Part shown: piece by piece, positions 13,097 through 26,576 of the stretch
Numbering within the stretch: position 1 is the first letter of the stretch
Layout of the letters: the number at the start of each line of letters is the position of its first letter
DNA from: Balanoglossus misakiensis
Taxonomy: Eukaryota; Animalia; Hemichordata
DNA length: 64,000 nucleotides
Reading direction: 5' to 3'
Assembly (NCBI GenBank): GCA_040954595.2
Contig: CM082598.2
Span: forward strand, 8,323,097 to 8,387,096
The notes under the pieces: generated by a model
Database searches by the model: none
What the model was told of the DNA's origin: nothing
What the model saw: the letters and a program-made list of their open reading frames with translations, nothing else
Translations under genes and position numbers: made by a program

Positions 13097-13809
13097 CTGT
13101 ATGCGTGTATTGAACGAAAATGTTAAAAAATATCTTAAGTTTACCTGTTTCAGTTGTATGTGTCAAAAAGATCACGGACGGATTGGATTGTAACTTAACT
13201 GCACTGAATAAGTCAGGATCAATCCAATACATACATGGTGGCTTATAGAAGTACAGACTGGCCCGTGCTAGGGAAGAGTCTGTCTGTCTGTCTGTCTGTT
13301 TTCTGTCTGTGTCATCGATATCATTAAACGGTGGGTGAGATTTGAACCAAATTTTGTGGACAGGTATCGATGTTGGCGGATGGTCAGAAATGAATGCATA
13401 TTGGTGGATGTGGCTTGAATTTTATTGAATTTATCAAGATCAAGTTGTTATGATTTTAGCTCGTGTATGACAGAATCCGCATACACCGAAAATTACTTTA
13501 CGAACTTCGTTTAAACTTATTTGTACATGCCAATATCACATCATTATGATGGGAAACATTCCACTGATTTTTATTAAGTTGCAAAGTTGAACTTTTCTAA
13601 TCAATGGTATATTTCCAAAACACCATCACAAACTCAGTGAAAATTAAATGTACAGGTATTTATCTCACGGTCATCTCAATGTCCCATGAAATATTTTTGG
13701 ATACCACGTTAATATAGTAAAATGTAGTTTGCACTAACTTTTGCTATTAGTAGTGTACGTCAGTAGTTACTGCACTTGCAGCTATGCTGAAATTATTTCG
13801 TAAGTGATC

Positions 13810-14188
13810 TGTAAAACATGTTATTTTCGCGAGCAATAAATTTGCGCGAAATACGCAAGAACCAAAGCACGCGAAAATAAAGACTCGCGTAAATATAGCT
13901 GTGAAAGAACAATGTGGTAAAGTAATAGAACGATAGTCAAACACACACGCAACAAAATGAAAGTGCGGGTAATTTATAAAAATTGTTGCGGTTTCATGGT
14001 TTTGCTACGCATCGTGCAATTAGTTTGAACATCGTGGTTTGTGGCCAAGAATCTTGCTACGAATGCGACAATAGTAGTTTTTCGGAGATAACGAAGCAGT
14101 ACGAAAACGCGAAAATTAATACTAGCGTAACAGTGGCCTCTCTCGATATCGCGAAAATTTCAACTCGCGAAAATAACATGTTTTACAT
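13810..14188. mobile_element. MITE with ~24-bp TIR (Tc1/mariner-like CTGTAAAA end, degenerate)
   Basis: tgtaaaacatgttattttcgcgag at 13811 and its exact reverse complement at 14164-14187; repeated cgcgaaa motifs inside. Confidence 0.65.
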
Positions 14189-15783
14189 GCATTGATAAGA
14201 TACAATTATTGAACTGTTAAAAGCTTTTTTTCTCATCATAAATTTTAACCTGGAATGTTCCCCTTCCAGAGGAATTAGCGAATATTAGCCATAGCAATTT
14301 TATCTTGAGCAAAATACAGAGATTATTGTCTTACGATCTCATTATTTTCTTGTGCAGATTAGTCAATACTGTTAGAAATTCCCCCGAGAGAATATTCATC
14401 GTGTCGGTGGGAGCTAGCTTGAACTTTATTAACCACGCAGGCTGAGGCTGTAGGGGGCTACAATTTTAGGGGTATCGAGGGAGTCAGGGGTATGAAAATG
14501 AGAATTTTTTAATATATTTACGCGTATTCACGGAGACATTTTGGCGCGCCTTCACAGCGACAAACATTTTACAGTAGACACAATCCAAGAGTAGAGCAAT
14601 GTGTAATAATGACACAAGAGTTGTATTTATAACGTGAAAAAGGCAAATAAATCTCCACAAGAATTGGCCATATTAAAGTCATTATATCAATTTGACGCTT
14701 GGTACAGGTTAGAAAATATCCTGTCTTCTTTATACAGCGAATGTTCGCTTTTATTTTCTTCCATCTCTTGATATCATTTTGGTGCTTGGCACGGGCTGAA
14801 AAATGTCTTCTCTTAGTGTTTCATAATTCTTTACTAAATAGTACACTATTTTTCTTGTTGCCATGTTCTTAAACTCGATGTGCACGCTTCGTATTAAACT
14901 CAAGTACCCCAAACAATCTACATGACAACACGTCGGCGCCTATCTCACACACTGGGAAGACATAACGATTTCAGTGTCCGATGACTTTAATGCAAACGCA
15001 TAGCTGCGGCATATCGGCCGAGCCCCAGTCTGCCCGGAGACTGAGAATCTTTCGTCGGTTATGCGTCTCCTGTATATTAAAAAATCACTCTATATCGGAA
15101 ATGCCTGTCAGAAATGTTTATTTGTAATTAGAGCATTAGGGTTTACTACTTAGTTGAAGCAGTGCGTGTTGAGAAAGAGACGTGAACAGAAAGGGGTAGG
15201 AAACTCGAGTCGAACACGGACGACGAGAGTTGTTTAGCGTGTCGAACGCGGCTCTACGAAGCTCGTAGTTACCTATATATTTCATATATTTTGCTGCCAC
15301 AAACAACAAGTTCATGCGTAGGTCATAGACCCTAGAGAAAGAAGGACGCGCAACTCCAGGTTTTTCTTGAAACGATGTTCTTTTGCATACATTATTTTCG
15401 GATAATCCCCAATTATCCAATTTGCAAATAAACTATGTATAAACTAACGCAAAGTCTCGCGTTTTGCGAGAAAAGACGAGAAAACTGCAACGTGGTTGAA
15501 CTGCAGCGATCATTTATGGAACACATCTGGACAAGTTAAACACGAATTTGGCACTTCTGAGTCTGACAGCGTCCAAAAAAAGCATCTTTTGTCTAACAGT
15601 CCCGGTATTTGACAAGGCTGTGAGCTAACCGTACCTAGGGTTTCCTGTCGTCGTCAACCATGAAAAACCAAGATGGCGGCCATAGCGCACACGTGAAAAT
15701 CCACAAAGTTTGTTTACAAATTGTTTTCGTGAAATCTGTTTCATTGTTCACGCACTGCGAAATAAAATGCCCCTAAACCACAA

Positions 15784-18137
15784 TTTTTAGCTCACGTGAA
15801 AATCACGTGAGCTTATGGTTTAGCGATGTCTGTGTGTGTGTATGTATGTGTGTGTGTGTGTGTCTGTCTGTCTGTATACCCGATATCTCAAGAACCGCTG
15901 AACCGATTTCCACCAAATTTAGTACACAGGTTCAGATATCATATGGCAAGAACTGAAAAGGTTTTGGTGGGTGTGGCTTTGATATTAATGAAGTTATTTA
16001 AGTTTTAATTTTTCTATTACATGGTTGTCTATGTGAGCTTTCGTTAATGCCGCATATATGACCAGTGGAAACGATAGTTTGAGGAGATCGACTGTTTGAG
16101 GGCGCTGTGAAATGAGACATTCCTGGCGATATTGCCGTTGTTCTGTCCATGCTCAGACGCTGTACCCGTCGTTACGAATAACTTCCCTACGTGAATCCAC
16201 AAGGAAGCTAACGTTGTTTAGTTGCTTCATAGAGCGTAAATTGTTAATCTACAGGACCGTCAGACGAATACTCTTTTCAAATGAAGTTTGAAACTACTTA
16301 CGAGTAAGTTAGTGGAGACAATATGGCGGATAGTTGGCGTGCAGCCGAATCCGCGTTATGACTATGACGTGACCCATTCATCAAGACAAACCGTAAATGA
16401 TTCACGCATATTGTGGTCCTCACGCATTCAATCTCAAAATGTCACCAGGCTTTCTATTTGTCTATTGTTCAGAGAAAAATAACGTGGCGGTTGATCACAC
16501 TCAACAGTAAAATCCGTTTTGTGAATTTATAGACAGTCTGTTATCGCCAATACTATATAGCGATTGCTAGATGGCCTACCCAATATGTGATCGAGCGAGA
16601 ATGATAACATTGAATGTCTGTTCAGATCTCATTCCGTACGTCATACGTCAACATTTCGATTTCGATTTAATCCATTCATAAAGAATTTAGAGAAAGTCGT
16701 CTTGAATTGTGACCCCGATTATCAATTTTACGATGATTTTTTGGCGACGGAATACACGAGACGCCATTGCATAACTACGTCAGCTGGACTTCCAAGGTTA
16801 CCATTTTGTGTGTATGGAATCTTATCACAGAGACTACGTACTTTGACAATATGCCATGCTATATCAATGACGCCCCAGAAAATTTGTCGAAGAATGAATT
16901 TGTCTTCTCATGGTGGTGCAATATATTTTAATGTCTATTTTGAGGTTGATTTTGGTTTTTGGCTAACATGTATATCAATGTCAGCTTATAGCATAAGTTG
17001 GTGTCCGTCGTCTATGTATGTCTGTATGTGTGCCTCATACAGAATTATGTATTTTGCGAATGGATCAGTTTCGTCTAAATGTATTGATGTATGTATGTGT
17101 ATGTCCATCAACATCAAAAACTTGAAACTACTGATATTTAGTGTGTACATAGAAATTGTTTTTGCGAAAAAATGCATACTGGTATTAACTGGAAAAATGT
17201 TCAAATAGTCAAAATTGAAAAACTTAATAACAGCGGATCAGATTCAGTTAAAAATTGGCGTGCATTGGTGTGCAAGTACTATGGGAAGACCTCGTATGAT
17301 TTTGTTCAGGTGGAGTCAGTATCTGGCGTTTGCTATTTTTCATGAATTTTTGGGGGAATTTTCTGCAGTTTTGTTAAACAAATTTCTTCTCTGAAATTAC
17401 ATGTCCAATTGATGGGAAACTTGATATGGAGGTTCATAGGGCTTACCTGAATCACATTTGTGCAAACGGTGGTGAAATTTGCAAAAATGCATTTTTGGGC
17501 AATATTTCCTGTTTTTGTCAAAAAATCAAATCCCGTGAAACTGTAAGTGCAATTGTTTTGATACTTTGTATTTGGGTTTCTAGGGGTGATCTCAGTCAGA
17601 TATGATCAAATTGTAAAGAAATGTGCATAATTGTATTTTTTGGGAATTCTGCAGGGTTTGGCAAAATAGTCTTCAGTAAAACCACAAGTCCAATTGATTG
17701 GAAACTTTGAATGGGAATTCATATATGTGATATCAGTCAGATTTGTCTGAGTTACCTGTTGTTTGCCAAAATGTCTTCCTTATTGAAACTTGTTAAAGAG
17801 GTTCTTAGGCATGAACAGAAATCAGATTTGTTGAAATCTGGTGAAATATTCATACTTTTTGGTATATTTCTTGCCATTTTTGATCAACGAGTTTTAGAAT
17901 TCCATAGACTTATCTTTTTATGCAGTTCAGGATGGGGTACATGACTCATAACCCCTTACAAAAATTGACAAGGCAACAATTCCACAAACATGTTTACATT
18001 TCACAATGGTGCAACACACAACCCTTACACCATATACACTATAAACCAAATTGGTTTAACACTGGTTTTTCTAATCTTGTTATTCTGTCAACTTATCACA
18101 GTACTGCACGTGAGCATATTCAGTTAATATCTGGTTG
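15784..18137 (+). mobile_element. Helentron/DINE-like non-autonomous element
   Basis: T-run then hairpin agctcacgtga-aaa-tcacgtgagct (15789-15813), a (GT/GTCT) microsatellite, and a 3' sub-terminal repeat cacgtgagc at 18107 followed by a small stem-loop. Confidence 0.55.
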
Positions 18138-18168
18138 TTTCAATGCTTCACGCAAACATAACATTATT

Positions 18169-19228
18169 GAGGTATGTAAGGGTACTTCGAAGTGCATACT
18201 CCGAGTTCAAAGACCGAGTCGGACTTCAAAGTCCGAGTACTCGGACTTGTACACTCCGAGTAGTGGCTGTACTCGGACTTGTATACACCGAGTTGCACTC
18301 GGTGCTCGGACTTGCGTACTCCGAGTTACAGTTGAATAAAAAGCCAGCTTTTAAAAGCACAAATAATATTCGATATTGCGATAAAAATGTGGGAATACTT
18401 TATACTGAGCTTCCAGTCAAATCGATCGAGGGGTTTTGAAAGTATCGCAACATTCAACTTTCTTTCAATCTCTCGACATGCTGTATTGTATCATGTACAA
18501 AATGCACGCTCCGCGTAATTTCCGTTTGGTTAAATACTGACCTTTCCTATCTACTAGATCATATCCAAGTCTGATTTTACACTGAATTTTATAAGGAGCT
18601 CATTGGTTTGTCAATTTTAGAAGCTAAGTGAAAAGTACGCTAACGAACACGAAATGCGCCATACTGCGATGCGACAATCGTCATTTTTGAATAACCTGAC
18701 CTTTGACGTCATCGGTTGAAATATGGTCGAGGTCGCACTGCGCTCGATAGCGCGATGAATCTGACTACTCGCTTCCGCATTGTTCCGTGATCGGTATACT
18801 TGCCCTACGTTTTTATGTCTAAATATAAAACGTAATATTTTTTTTATTTTGAAAAACGGTTGTATGAGTGCAGTTACATGGTATGCTTTAGTGAACGCCC
18901 AGGAGTGACTGTGTGAATCAGAATGTTGTTGTGGATGTAAAGCCCATGCCTATTCAAAACTGGCGCAACAAGACATCATGGACACCGATCGTGGTAGTAA
19001 GCAATAAATGACTTCTTGAGTAATGAAAACAGGATTTTTGCCGTCCGTTGTCTTTCATAGGCAGTGTGTAACTCGGAGTACGCAAGTCCGAGCACCGAGT
19101 GCAACTCGGTGTATACAAGTCCGAGTACAGCCACTACTCGGAGTGTACAAGTCCGAGTACTCGGACTTTGAAGTCCGACTCGGTCTTTGAACTCGGAGTA
19201 TGCACTTTGAAGTACTCCTACATACCTG
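18169..19228. mobile_element. hAT-like MITE with ~160-bp TIRs
   Basis: 18169-18330 is nearly the reverse complement of 19067-19228; ends (g/c)AGGTATGTA...TACATACCTG; 8-bp TSD acattatt / gcattatt with one mismatch. Confidence 0.8.
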
Positions 19229-19659
19229 GCATTATTACGAAAAGTGTCAGCATTACCAAGAAGTATGAGTGCCCAGTCGGACATGCAAAAAACATGGGTG
19301 ATTTGTTTACAATTTTTAAATGAAGCTTGTGGCACTAGAAATGACCGTTCAACCGACAGACGAACACCAAACCATAATAAATAGCACAGAAAACGTTATG
19401 CTTTTTTAATTTTAGAAAAAAACGCAGTGGCTGCTGAAATATAGGAGTGCCAGTTTTGGTTACTGTCGCGCATCACAGAGTTGCGTTTATTTTTTTGGTG
19501 ATATGTTAATGATATGCTAATGACATTGACGCATGCCAAAGTGGAGATTCACACATGCCACAGTCCTAGGTGTTAATTATATGCAAAAGAACATCATCAT
19601 ACCTATAATCCTCAAACCCTTTGATCTTTGCCGAAGTTGCATGTCCTTCTTTCTCTAGG

Positions 19660-20175
19660 GTCTATGTGTAGGTCGAGAAAGTTCTAAAGCGGCCGGATGA
19701 TCGCTGCAAGGTTAGCGGTGGCCTCGCACGCCCAAATTTGCCACAACACTATCAGTCCACACAGCAGTGCGTTTCAAACTCTTCCGCTGTATTTTATTTC
19801 AACAACACAAATTCAAAATACAACACGGCAGTTTGGTATGTCGTCTCTATCCTACACTGCTAATTCTCATCTCAATCTCTAAAAAACGTTCAACAGACAG
19901 GGTACACTGCAACCCGCGGAACTAGCAATTTACGTCTCTGCTTCAGAGGAATCTACCGACCTGAAGTGGGGGAACCCAGTCCGTTCAAGCGTAAATGTCC
20001 TGATCAGAAGGTAACTCTCTCAACACGCACTACTTCAAGTGCGGAATTGAGATGGGGGCGCCTCTTTGTCTACTAAATTGTGACGTTGTTACAATGTTAG
20101 AGATGACGTGTCGCTGGAATCAAAGAAATACGGTGTTTCTATTTTGGCGTTTGTTGCAGCTATTTTGAATTCTGT
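19660..20175 (+). repeat. Dispersed repeat A (direct copy at ~25320-25930; inverted fragments at ~15150-15330 and ~20720-20975)
   Basis: Shared strings such as aggaatctaccgacctgaagtggg, gggggcgcctcttt and ctactaaattgtgacgttgttacaat. Confidence 0.8.
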
Positions 20176-20974
20176 GGTAAAATATCACACATGATATTAT
20201 ACCGGTATATTGATGGTGTAAATCACGCTATTTTATTGGTCGAGACACGACACGTGACTGTGATATAATCGTCATATACCACAGTCATATATCACGCAAA
20301 ACTCATAGTCAAAGAAATGCCTTTTTAAAATGTCGTGCGTATATGTCGTGAACTGGCCAAAATCTCGTGGTATACCATGGCTGGGGGTGTTTTATTGCTT
20401 AAATATCACACATCACACCTGCGCACGTTAAATACGAACACGAGGGCTAAACACATGTATTGCCTATTGCTGGTTCTCACTGTAACGCGTTCAACCAAGC
20501 AGTAACAGAAACAAACAAAAAAACAGCGACAAAAAAATACGTGTGAACATATTTATTTGCAGAGTGTAAACTCAGATCCTGCAATATTCTAGGAAATAAC
20601 CAGTAGTGAGGACAAGGCTTCGAAATGGCCCGCTCATTCTGGGAGAAAGTCATATGAACAGGTAGCTACAATAATTGTAACCTTGGTGGTGGGCTGGTGT
20701 ATCGCTGTCGGCCAGCCTGATCGCTAACGCAGCTAAATAGCTGCAACAAACGCCAAACTGGCAACACCGTATTTCTCTCATGCCAGCCAGCAACGTCACA
20801 ATTTAGTAGATAAAGAGGCGCCCCCCCCCCCATCCCAATTGCGCAGTTGAAGTAGTGCGTGTTGAGAGAGACGTGTCGACTCGAAGACAGACGACGAGAG
20901 TTGTTTAGCGTGTCGAACGCTGCTCTACGAAGCTCGCAGTTACCTTCTGACTGGGGCATTTACGCAAGAACGAA

Positions 20975-22790
20975 CTGTCTAATGGTTCTTGAGAAACAGT
21001 TCTTGAAAGAATTTTTTTCAAAGATTTTTGTCATATTTCGAAAACTTATATGGCCACCAAAGGAATTTTAAGAGCTGCGCGCGCGTGCCAGGGGCTTTTT
21101 GATGACTTCACGTTTAAATTTGTAATGCAATTTCTATCTAGTATACCTGACACTCTGTGTTTCTTTTCTCCCGAATATGTATTCTTCAAGAGGTGTCAAA
21201 TGACATTATTAGATCGTTAAATTGCTTTTATCAATAATAAACTAAAATGAAATGCCTGTAACAATTGTTCAATTCCTATCTCTGTCACGAACGTTTTTGC
21301 TTCTTTTGTGTCAGCGAATTAAATGTCATTTTCTTGCATTGTTAATGTGTGGCAGGTAAATAGAAAAGGCCGTAGCTTTTGTCTGAGTTACAGGCTCTTC
21401 AGATAATCGGGCAACCAGACTTCTGTGCCTCTAAGCATACATTTTGAAGCGACTTAACAGTTTTCTCGGGCAGACAGGCGTATGCTCTTAAATGGCTGGT
21501 CAATACATTGAAATTGTATAAACCCGTCCATCTAATCTGTTTCCTACGTACTATTAATGTCAAATAATTGCCATGCGGTATGCGTCACGTCTGTTTTGAT
21601 ACAAAAGCTTAAACTGTAGGCCTGGTGTGAAAGCGTTGAATTACATACTGTACGCATATATAAAGATTGAAATGCATCGGATAAAGGTCAAAGGTTAGGG
21701 AAAAATTGTCCAAAAAATAGGCAATTTTTTAAGCAATTCTCGTCCAATATTCAACACACATCAGTCGTCTGCAGTAAACATCCCCCCCCCCCCCGAAAAA
21801 GTAGTCATTGAGCAGAAGCAAAGCATTTCCCAACTGTCTGGAATGACCACTAACTTATTAAACACGTCATCCATATGATACAGTAGGGAAAGTTTTAACC
21901 GCAAATGCCATCGGCTACTATATGAATTTTACGAGCTACTTGCGAATGGCGGCGCGGCGTGTGATACATGTACGGTGTCTTAATTAATAAATTGCAATTT
22001 GCAGTATAACGACAGATTGCAAGAGGGATTGTGTATGATATGTTGTCTACATTTATAATGCAATTTAACAGATAGCTGATACTCTTATTTTTCTCCCGAT
22101 ACACATTCTCATTTTTCCTTGGCCGGGGCCAGAAGTTACGAAATGACATTAACTCGCATTATTAATATTTAACTAAAGTGAATTGAATTGAATGCAGCAA
22201 ATTAATTGTTTAATATCAAGATCTATCACAAGTATTTTCTTCTTTCTTGTCATTTTATTGTGTGACAGGTAAACTAATGAGGCCGCAGCTTGTGTCTTAG
22301 TCTTAGACAAGTATGGCTTCTGTACTTCTATAGTTCCAGATTGTGAAGTGTCCATTGCTATTTTCCTAGTCTGGCCCTGCCCAATCCCAGCGACTGGATG
22401 CAGAGTAGCTCCAGCGGCGTGAGAAAGAGACAGGGAACCAGACTAGTCTGGTCGTCCACTGCCCCATTCCCATCACTAGCTGTGTTACCCCTAACGGTGT
22501 TTATTTTGTAAGAGTACATAAGAGTATTTCAAGATTCCTTATGCCCTGTGAGAGCATATGCAAACTGGAGGGTCTGACCACGTGATCAAAAACAAGATGG
22601 ATGCCTCCAATGTCCGTACGCCAATGAGCAGTCCGGGTAATATCTCAGGTAGGATTGACCAATCGGCAATCGCCATTGCGTTACGTCATGAATAATTAAT
22701 CACCAAAGTTTTTCACCATTTGTGCGAAGCTTCTTCGTTTATTTTCGGTGATTTTGACCCTTTACTTTGACGCATTAGGCAGTTTGGCTA
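20975..22790 (+). repeat. ~1.8-kb direct repeat B, copy 1
   Basis: Nearly identical to 27430-29243, from gaactgtctaatggttcttgagaaacag to ggcagtttggctatgta. Confidence 0.95.
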
Positions 22791-24110
22791 TGTAAACAAC
22801 ATCCACGTGGTCTGTCGATGATAAAATGGCGACTAACATGAGCTGTACGTGAATAAGACTTACGATTTTTTCAACTTTGCCTGTCGTGTATGACACCCAA
22901 AAATGAGATTTTACGAGAAGGATTTTAGAGTTTGAGATTTAACGCGTAATGTTCTCTATTCAACTGCGACTTATCAGAATTTTTTCGATATCAATGCATA
23001 AAATTGTTTTAGTTGTCAATGGTGCATAGTAATACTCAACTGTTTTGTTTATGTGGCATGTGCAGTCGGCCAGCTTCGACACTTGCGGGAGTTTTAGTTC
23101 TGAGGAGTTCTGTCACCCAGTTTCCACTTCTCTTATGCTTAATCTTTCTCTATATGGACTTACTGGTAATACTTTTCGTGTGTCTGCTTGCTGTGAGCGA
23201 GTTTCTGGTACAGAGCTAAGTCTCGAATTCGGGGCTGAGCTGAAGGTCCAACGAGTTACGCGCTCACACTCGCTTCCTTAACTCCACACATGCTATATGA
23301 AGCCCATAGACGTGGGCAAGTCTACCTGACCTCATACCTTTCCTTGCTGGACAAGATAGGAGACGGTCAGGCGGTAGCAAGCGTTCCCCAAAGTAGGGTC
23401 CCTGTTAGAGTCGTACCGGAAACAGAAAAGAAGAAGAAGAAAACAAGGCTGACAGACAACAAAACGTATTCAGTTTATCGCAAGCGTTTTAGCCATAAGG
23501 CAGGCCCTACTTAGTTGGAGGAAATAAATAACAAAGCAACAGCCATTTTTCTTCACGTTCCATTGCGTGATATGGCGAAACTTTGCGAGATCAACATGTG
23601 CGCGCCCTGCGAATGCATGGCCATCGGTAAAAAACGTCACTGAATATAGCCGTTTCTGATATTTTTGCGAGTTCGTACTCGAGAAATATGTTTTTTTATC
23701 GCATAAACTGTAATATTTTGGAGTTTATATGGATCTTGCCGCGTGATTTGGAAGACATTTGGATCATGACATGTAAACAATGGCGAGTGAACAGCATCGA
23801 ATCCCGTTTTTGTGAACTGTAATTTACAGCTAAGATAACATCGAAAATCGAATTATATTTTAATCCAACCGATTTTTATGTGTTAGTAGTCGAATATTTT
23901 GTGTTTTGAGTGTGATGATTTTGTCAGGGTGTTTTTTCCTTGCTTTGTGTTTTTTATTTTTGAACGGCATGTGTTGTGTGGTTCGATGCTTCGATGACCC
24001 CTTAAGCTGACCGTGCCCATGGTTACTGTATTGTTTACGTGTACACTGGCGCCAAAGTTGATCGAACTACGTTGTCGTCTGCACATTTGTCGGGTGCTGC
24101 AGCCAGTACG

Positions 24111-24935
24111 ATGACCGGGCGGAAATCTCTCGGGTTCCACAATAACATTTTGCTGAATAGATGTCGGATTTGCAGCCGTAAATTTGCAGAGAAGCCATTT
24201 CTGTGCACAAATTTTGGAGATACTTTAGGTGAATGTTTTGGAATAGATATTTCAACGGATGACCCTGGCATTCACCCAACCCATTTCTGTAGTAACTGCA
24301 AGCGGCTTATTACATCTATTACAAAGGCAAAAGAAACAGGTAAACAGTACAATCATGGGGTACAGTTAACTGGTTGGAAAAAAACATCCGAGAATTGGTG
24401 AATGCAGTGTGTGTACTCTTTGCAAAAGTGGACAAAAGCGGAAAGCAGCAAAAAACCGGGGAAGACCTCCAATGACACAAACCAAAAAACTTGATGGAGA
24501 CCAAGAACATATACAATCAGAAAACATTATCCTTGCTGTACAGCAGAAAGCTGGCAAGAAGCTAAGGTCTGCATTAAACTTGTCAAGGTCACGCTTTTCC
24601 TCTGCGAGTCAAGATTTTGAATGTCCAGTTTGCCGAGATGTTGTTGACGAGCCAGTTCCACTTCTTTGTAATGGGCCCCATGTTTTTTGTTCTACTTGTT
24701 TACGTAAGTGGTTTGGAGAATGAATCACATGCCCCATCTGTCGCCTACGTATTATGCCAGGTGATATTGTCAGTGTCCCATTAGTATTGTCAAATATGCT
24801 GTCGTCTCTAAATATTGTGTGTGACTTTGCAAAGGCTGGTTGTTCAGAAGTTGTGCCACTACAAGACCTTTGCTCTCACACAAATCAATGTGCCTTCAAA
24901 ACTATCGCCAAGGAACATGATTATGCCTCACCATG
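24111..24935 (+). pseudogene. RAG1-like/Chapaev-type N-terminal module (Zn-binding NTD + C3HC4 RING + Zn finger), disrupted, no DDE core
   Basis: FHNNILLNRCRICS...FGIDISTDDPGIHPTHFCSNC, then after a poly-A frameshift near 24380 WKKHPRIGECSVC; basic RGRP linker; RING CPVC..CNGPHVFCSTC..CPIC with in-frame TGA at 24721; CDFAKAGCSEVV..L.SH...C. Confidence 0.82.
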
Positions 24936-26512
24936 CCCCTTCAACATGCATGTCAACACAGTGTGGGACGTCAATTCACCGGCCGGCTGCACCGCTCCCA
25001 ACATGACCAGCTCCACGCCACTTTGAGCTGCACCGCAGTCGGATATCCCACCCAGCTGCCAGACAGCATATGAAGGTGTCTGAGGCATTTTCTAGGCAAA
25101 GTGTACACGTTTAAAACATTGGGGTTTTCGGAATGGTAAAAAGCGGAACAAGAACATGGATTTATACTAATCATGAACGCCAAACAAACACGTTGAAAAA
25201 GCCAGATCTGAAAAAAAACCATGTGGCGTCCGCCGCTGGGCGCGATGACGCACCGACGTTATTTTTTAAACAATGTAACCTGTCACACTGAGTTCATATT
25301 TTTTGCTGTCACAAACAAGTTCATGCGTAGGTCGAGAAAGTTCTCAAGCGGCCGGGTGATTCACTGCAAGGTTAGCGGCGGCCTCGCACGCCCGAATTTG
25401 CCACAAAACTTATCAGTCCAAACAGCAATGCGGTTCAAACTCTTCCGTCGTATTTATTTCAACACAAACTATAATACAACACGGCTGTTTCTTACGTCGT
25501 CTCTAACCTACACTGTTAATTCTCATCTCAATCGTCTCTTCTGCAAAACGCCGATTCTCTAAATGAAAGTTCATCAGACGGGATACACCCGCGGCACTAG
25601 CAACGGCAAAATTAACGTCTCTGCTTCACAGGAATCTACCGACCTGAAGTGGGAGGAACCCAGTCCGTTCTTGCGTAAATGCCCCGGTCATAAGGTAACT
25701 ACGAGCTTCGAAGAGCAGCGTTCGACACGCTAAACAACTTTCGTCGTCTGTCTTCGAGTCGACACGTCTCTCTCAACACACACTACTTCAACTGCGCAAT
25801 TGGGATGGGGGCGCCTCTTTATCTACTAAATTGTGACGTTGTTACAATTTTAGAGATGACGTGTCGCTGGCATGAAAGAAATACGGTGTTGCCAGTTTGG
25901 CGTTCGTTGATGGTATTTAGAATTCTGTAGTAAACAGGGCTGTGCATATAAATAATATATATAGAACTATGGCGGTGAAGTTGGTTTTGGAAACATCTCC
26001 ACACTCACGGGATGCTTTTCACATTCAAACTGCCGACGAGAAAATTGGATGGGGAAGTCTATTCAATCGAACGTGGAATGAATCGTTTAGCTGAATGACA
26101 TCAATAGAATGATTTCCAGCCCATACAAAGCACCGAAATGATATCATGACAGTAAGTTAATTGATCTACTATTTTGCTGAAATAAAGCAATTTGAACATC
26201 GATCCATTGTCATTGTTCAATTTTCTATTTTAAACAAAATGTCCGCTTTAAACGGAAACACGACCAGTGACAGAGACGCTCTACCTGTCAGTAGAACGTC
26301 TAATCCAATTAAAAACTGCGACTTTTACAAAGCGACTTCAAGACAGTTCGATGAAACAGTTGTTGACAATCATTACAGTTCGGTTATCGGAATTTAATCA
26401 CAAATGCAGTCGAACAACCGCAAACAAATAAAACCAAAATGGTCTATGGTAATCTTAAGTAATAAAATTAATACCAAGGCACTACTTGCAAAACCACAAA
26501 GTTTACTCTTAC

Positions 26513-26576
26513 CTGTTCCTTCGGTTATGCGCGTACAGTAGAGCAATAACAGCGAAATTAGGACTAGTTGAAACAT
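26513..26576 (-). CDS. Probable first coding (signal peptide) exon of the SRCR-pentraxin gene
   Basis: MFQLVLISLLLLYCTRITEGT has a hydrophobic core; ACAG|GTAAG donor; 64 nt gives phase 1, matching the SRCR1 exon start; same strand as the SRCR exons. Confidence 0.72.

Noticed and set aside
24957-24963. Perfect RSS heptamer CACAGTG just after the RAG1-like module
   Set aside because: No nonamer at 12 or 23 bp spacing; several chance 7-mers are expected in 64 kb.
23540-25270. TIRs for the RAG1-like N-terminal element
   Set aside because: Only a weak ~11-bp inverted match (cgcgccc[t/a]gcg) was seen, with no TSD; not supportable.
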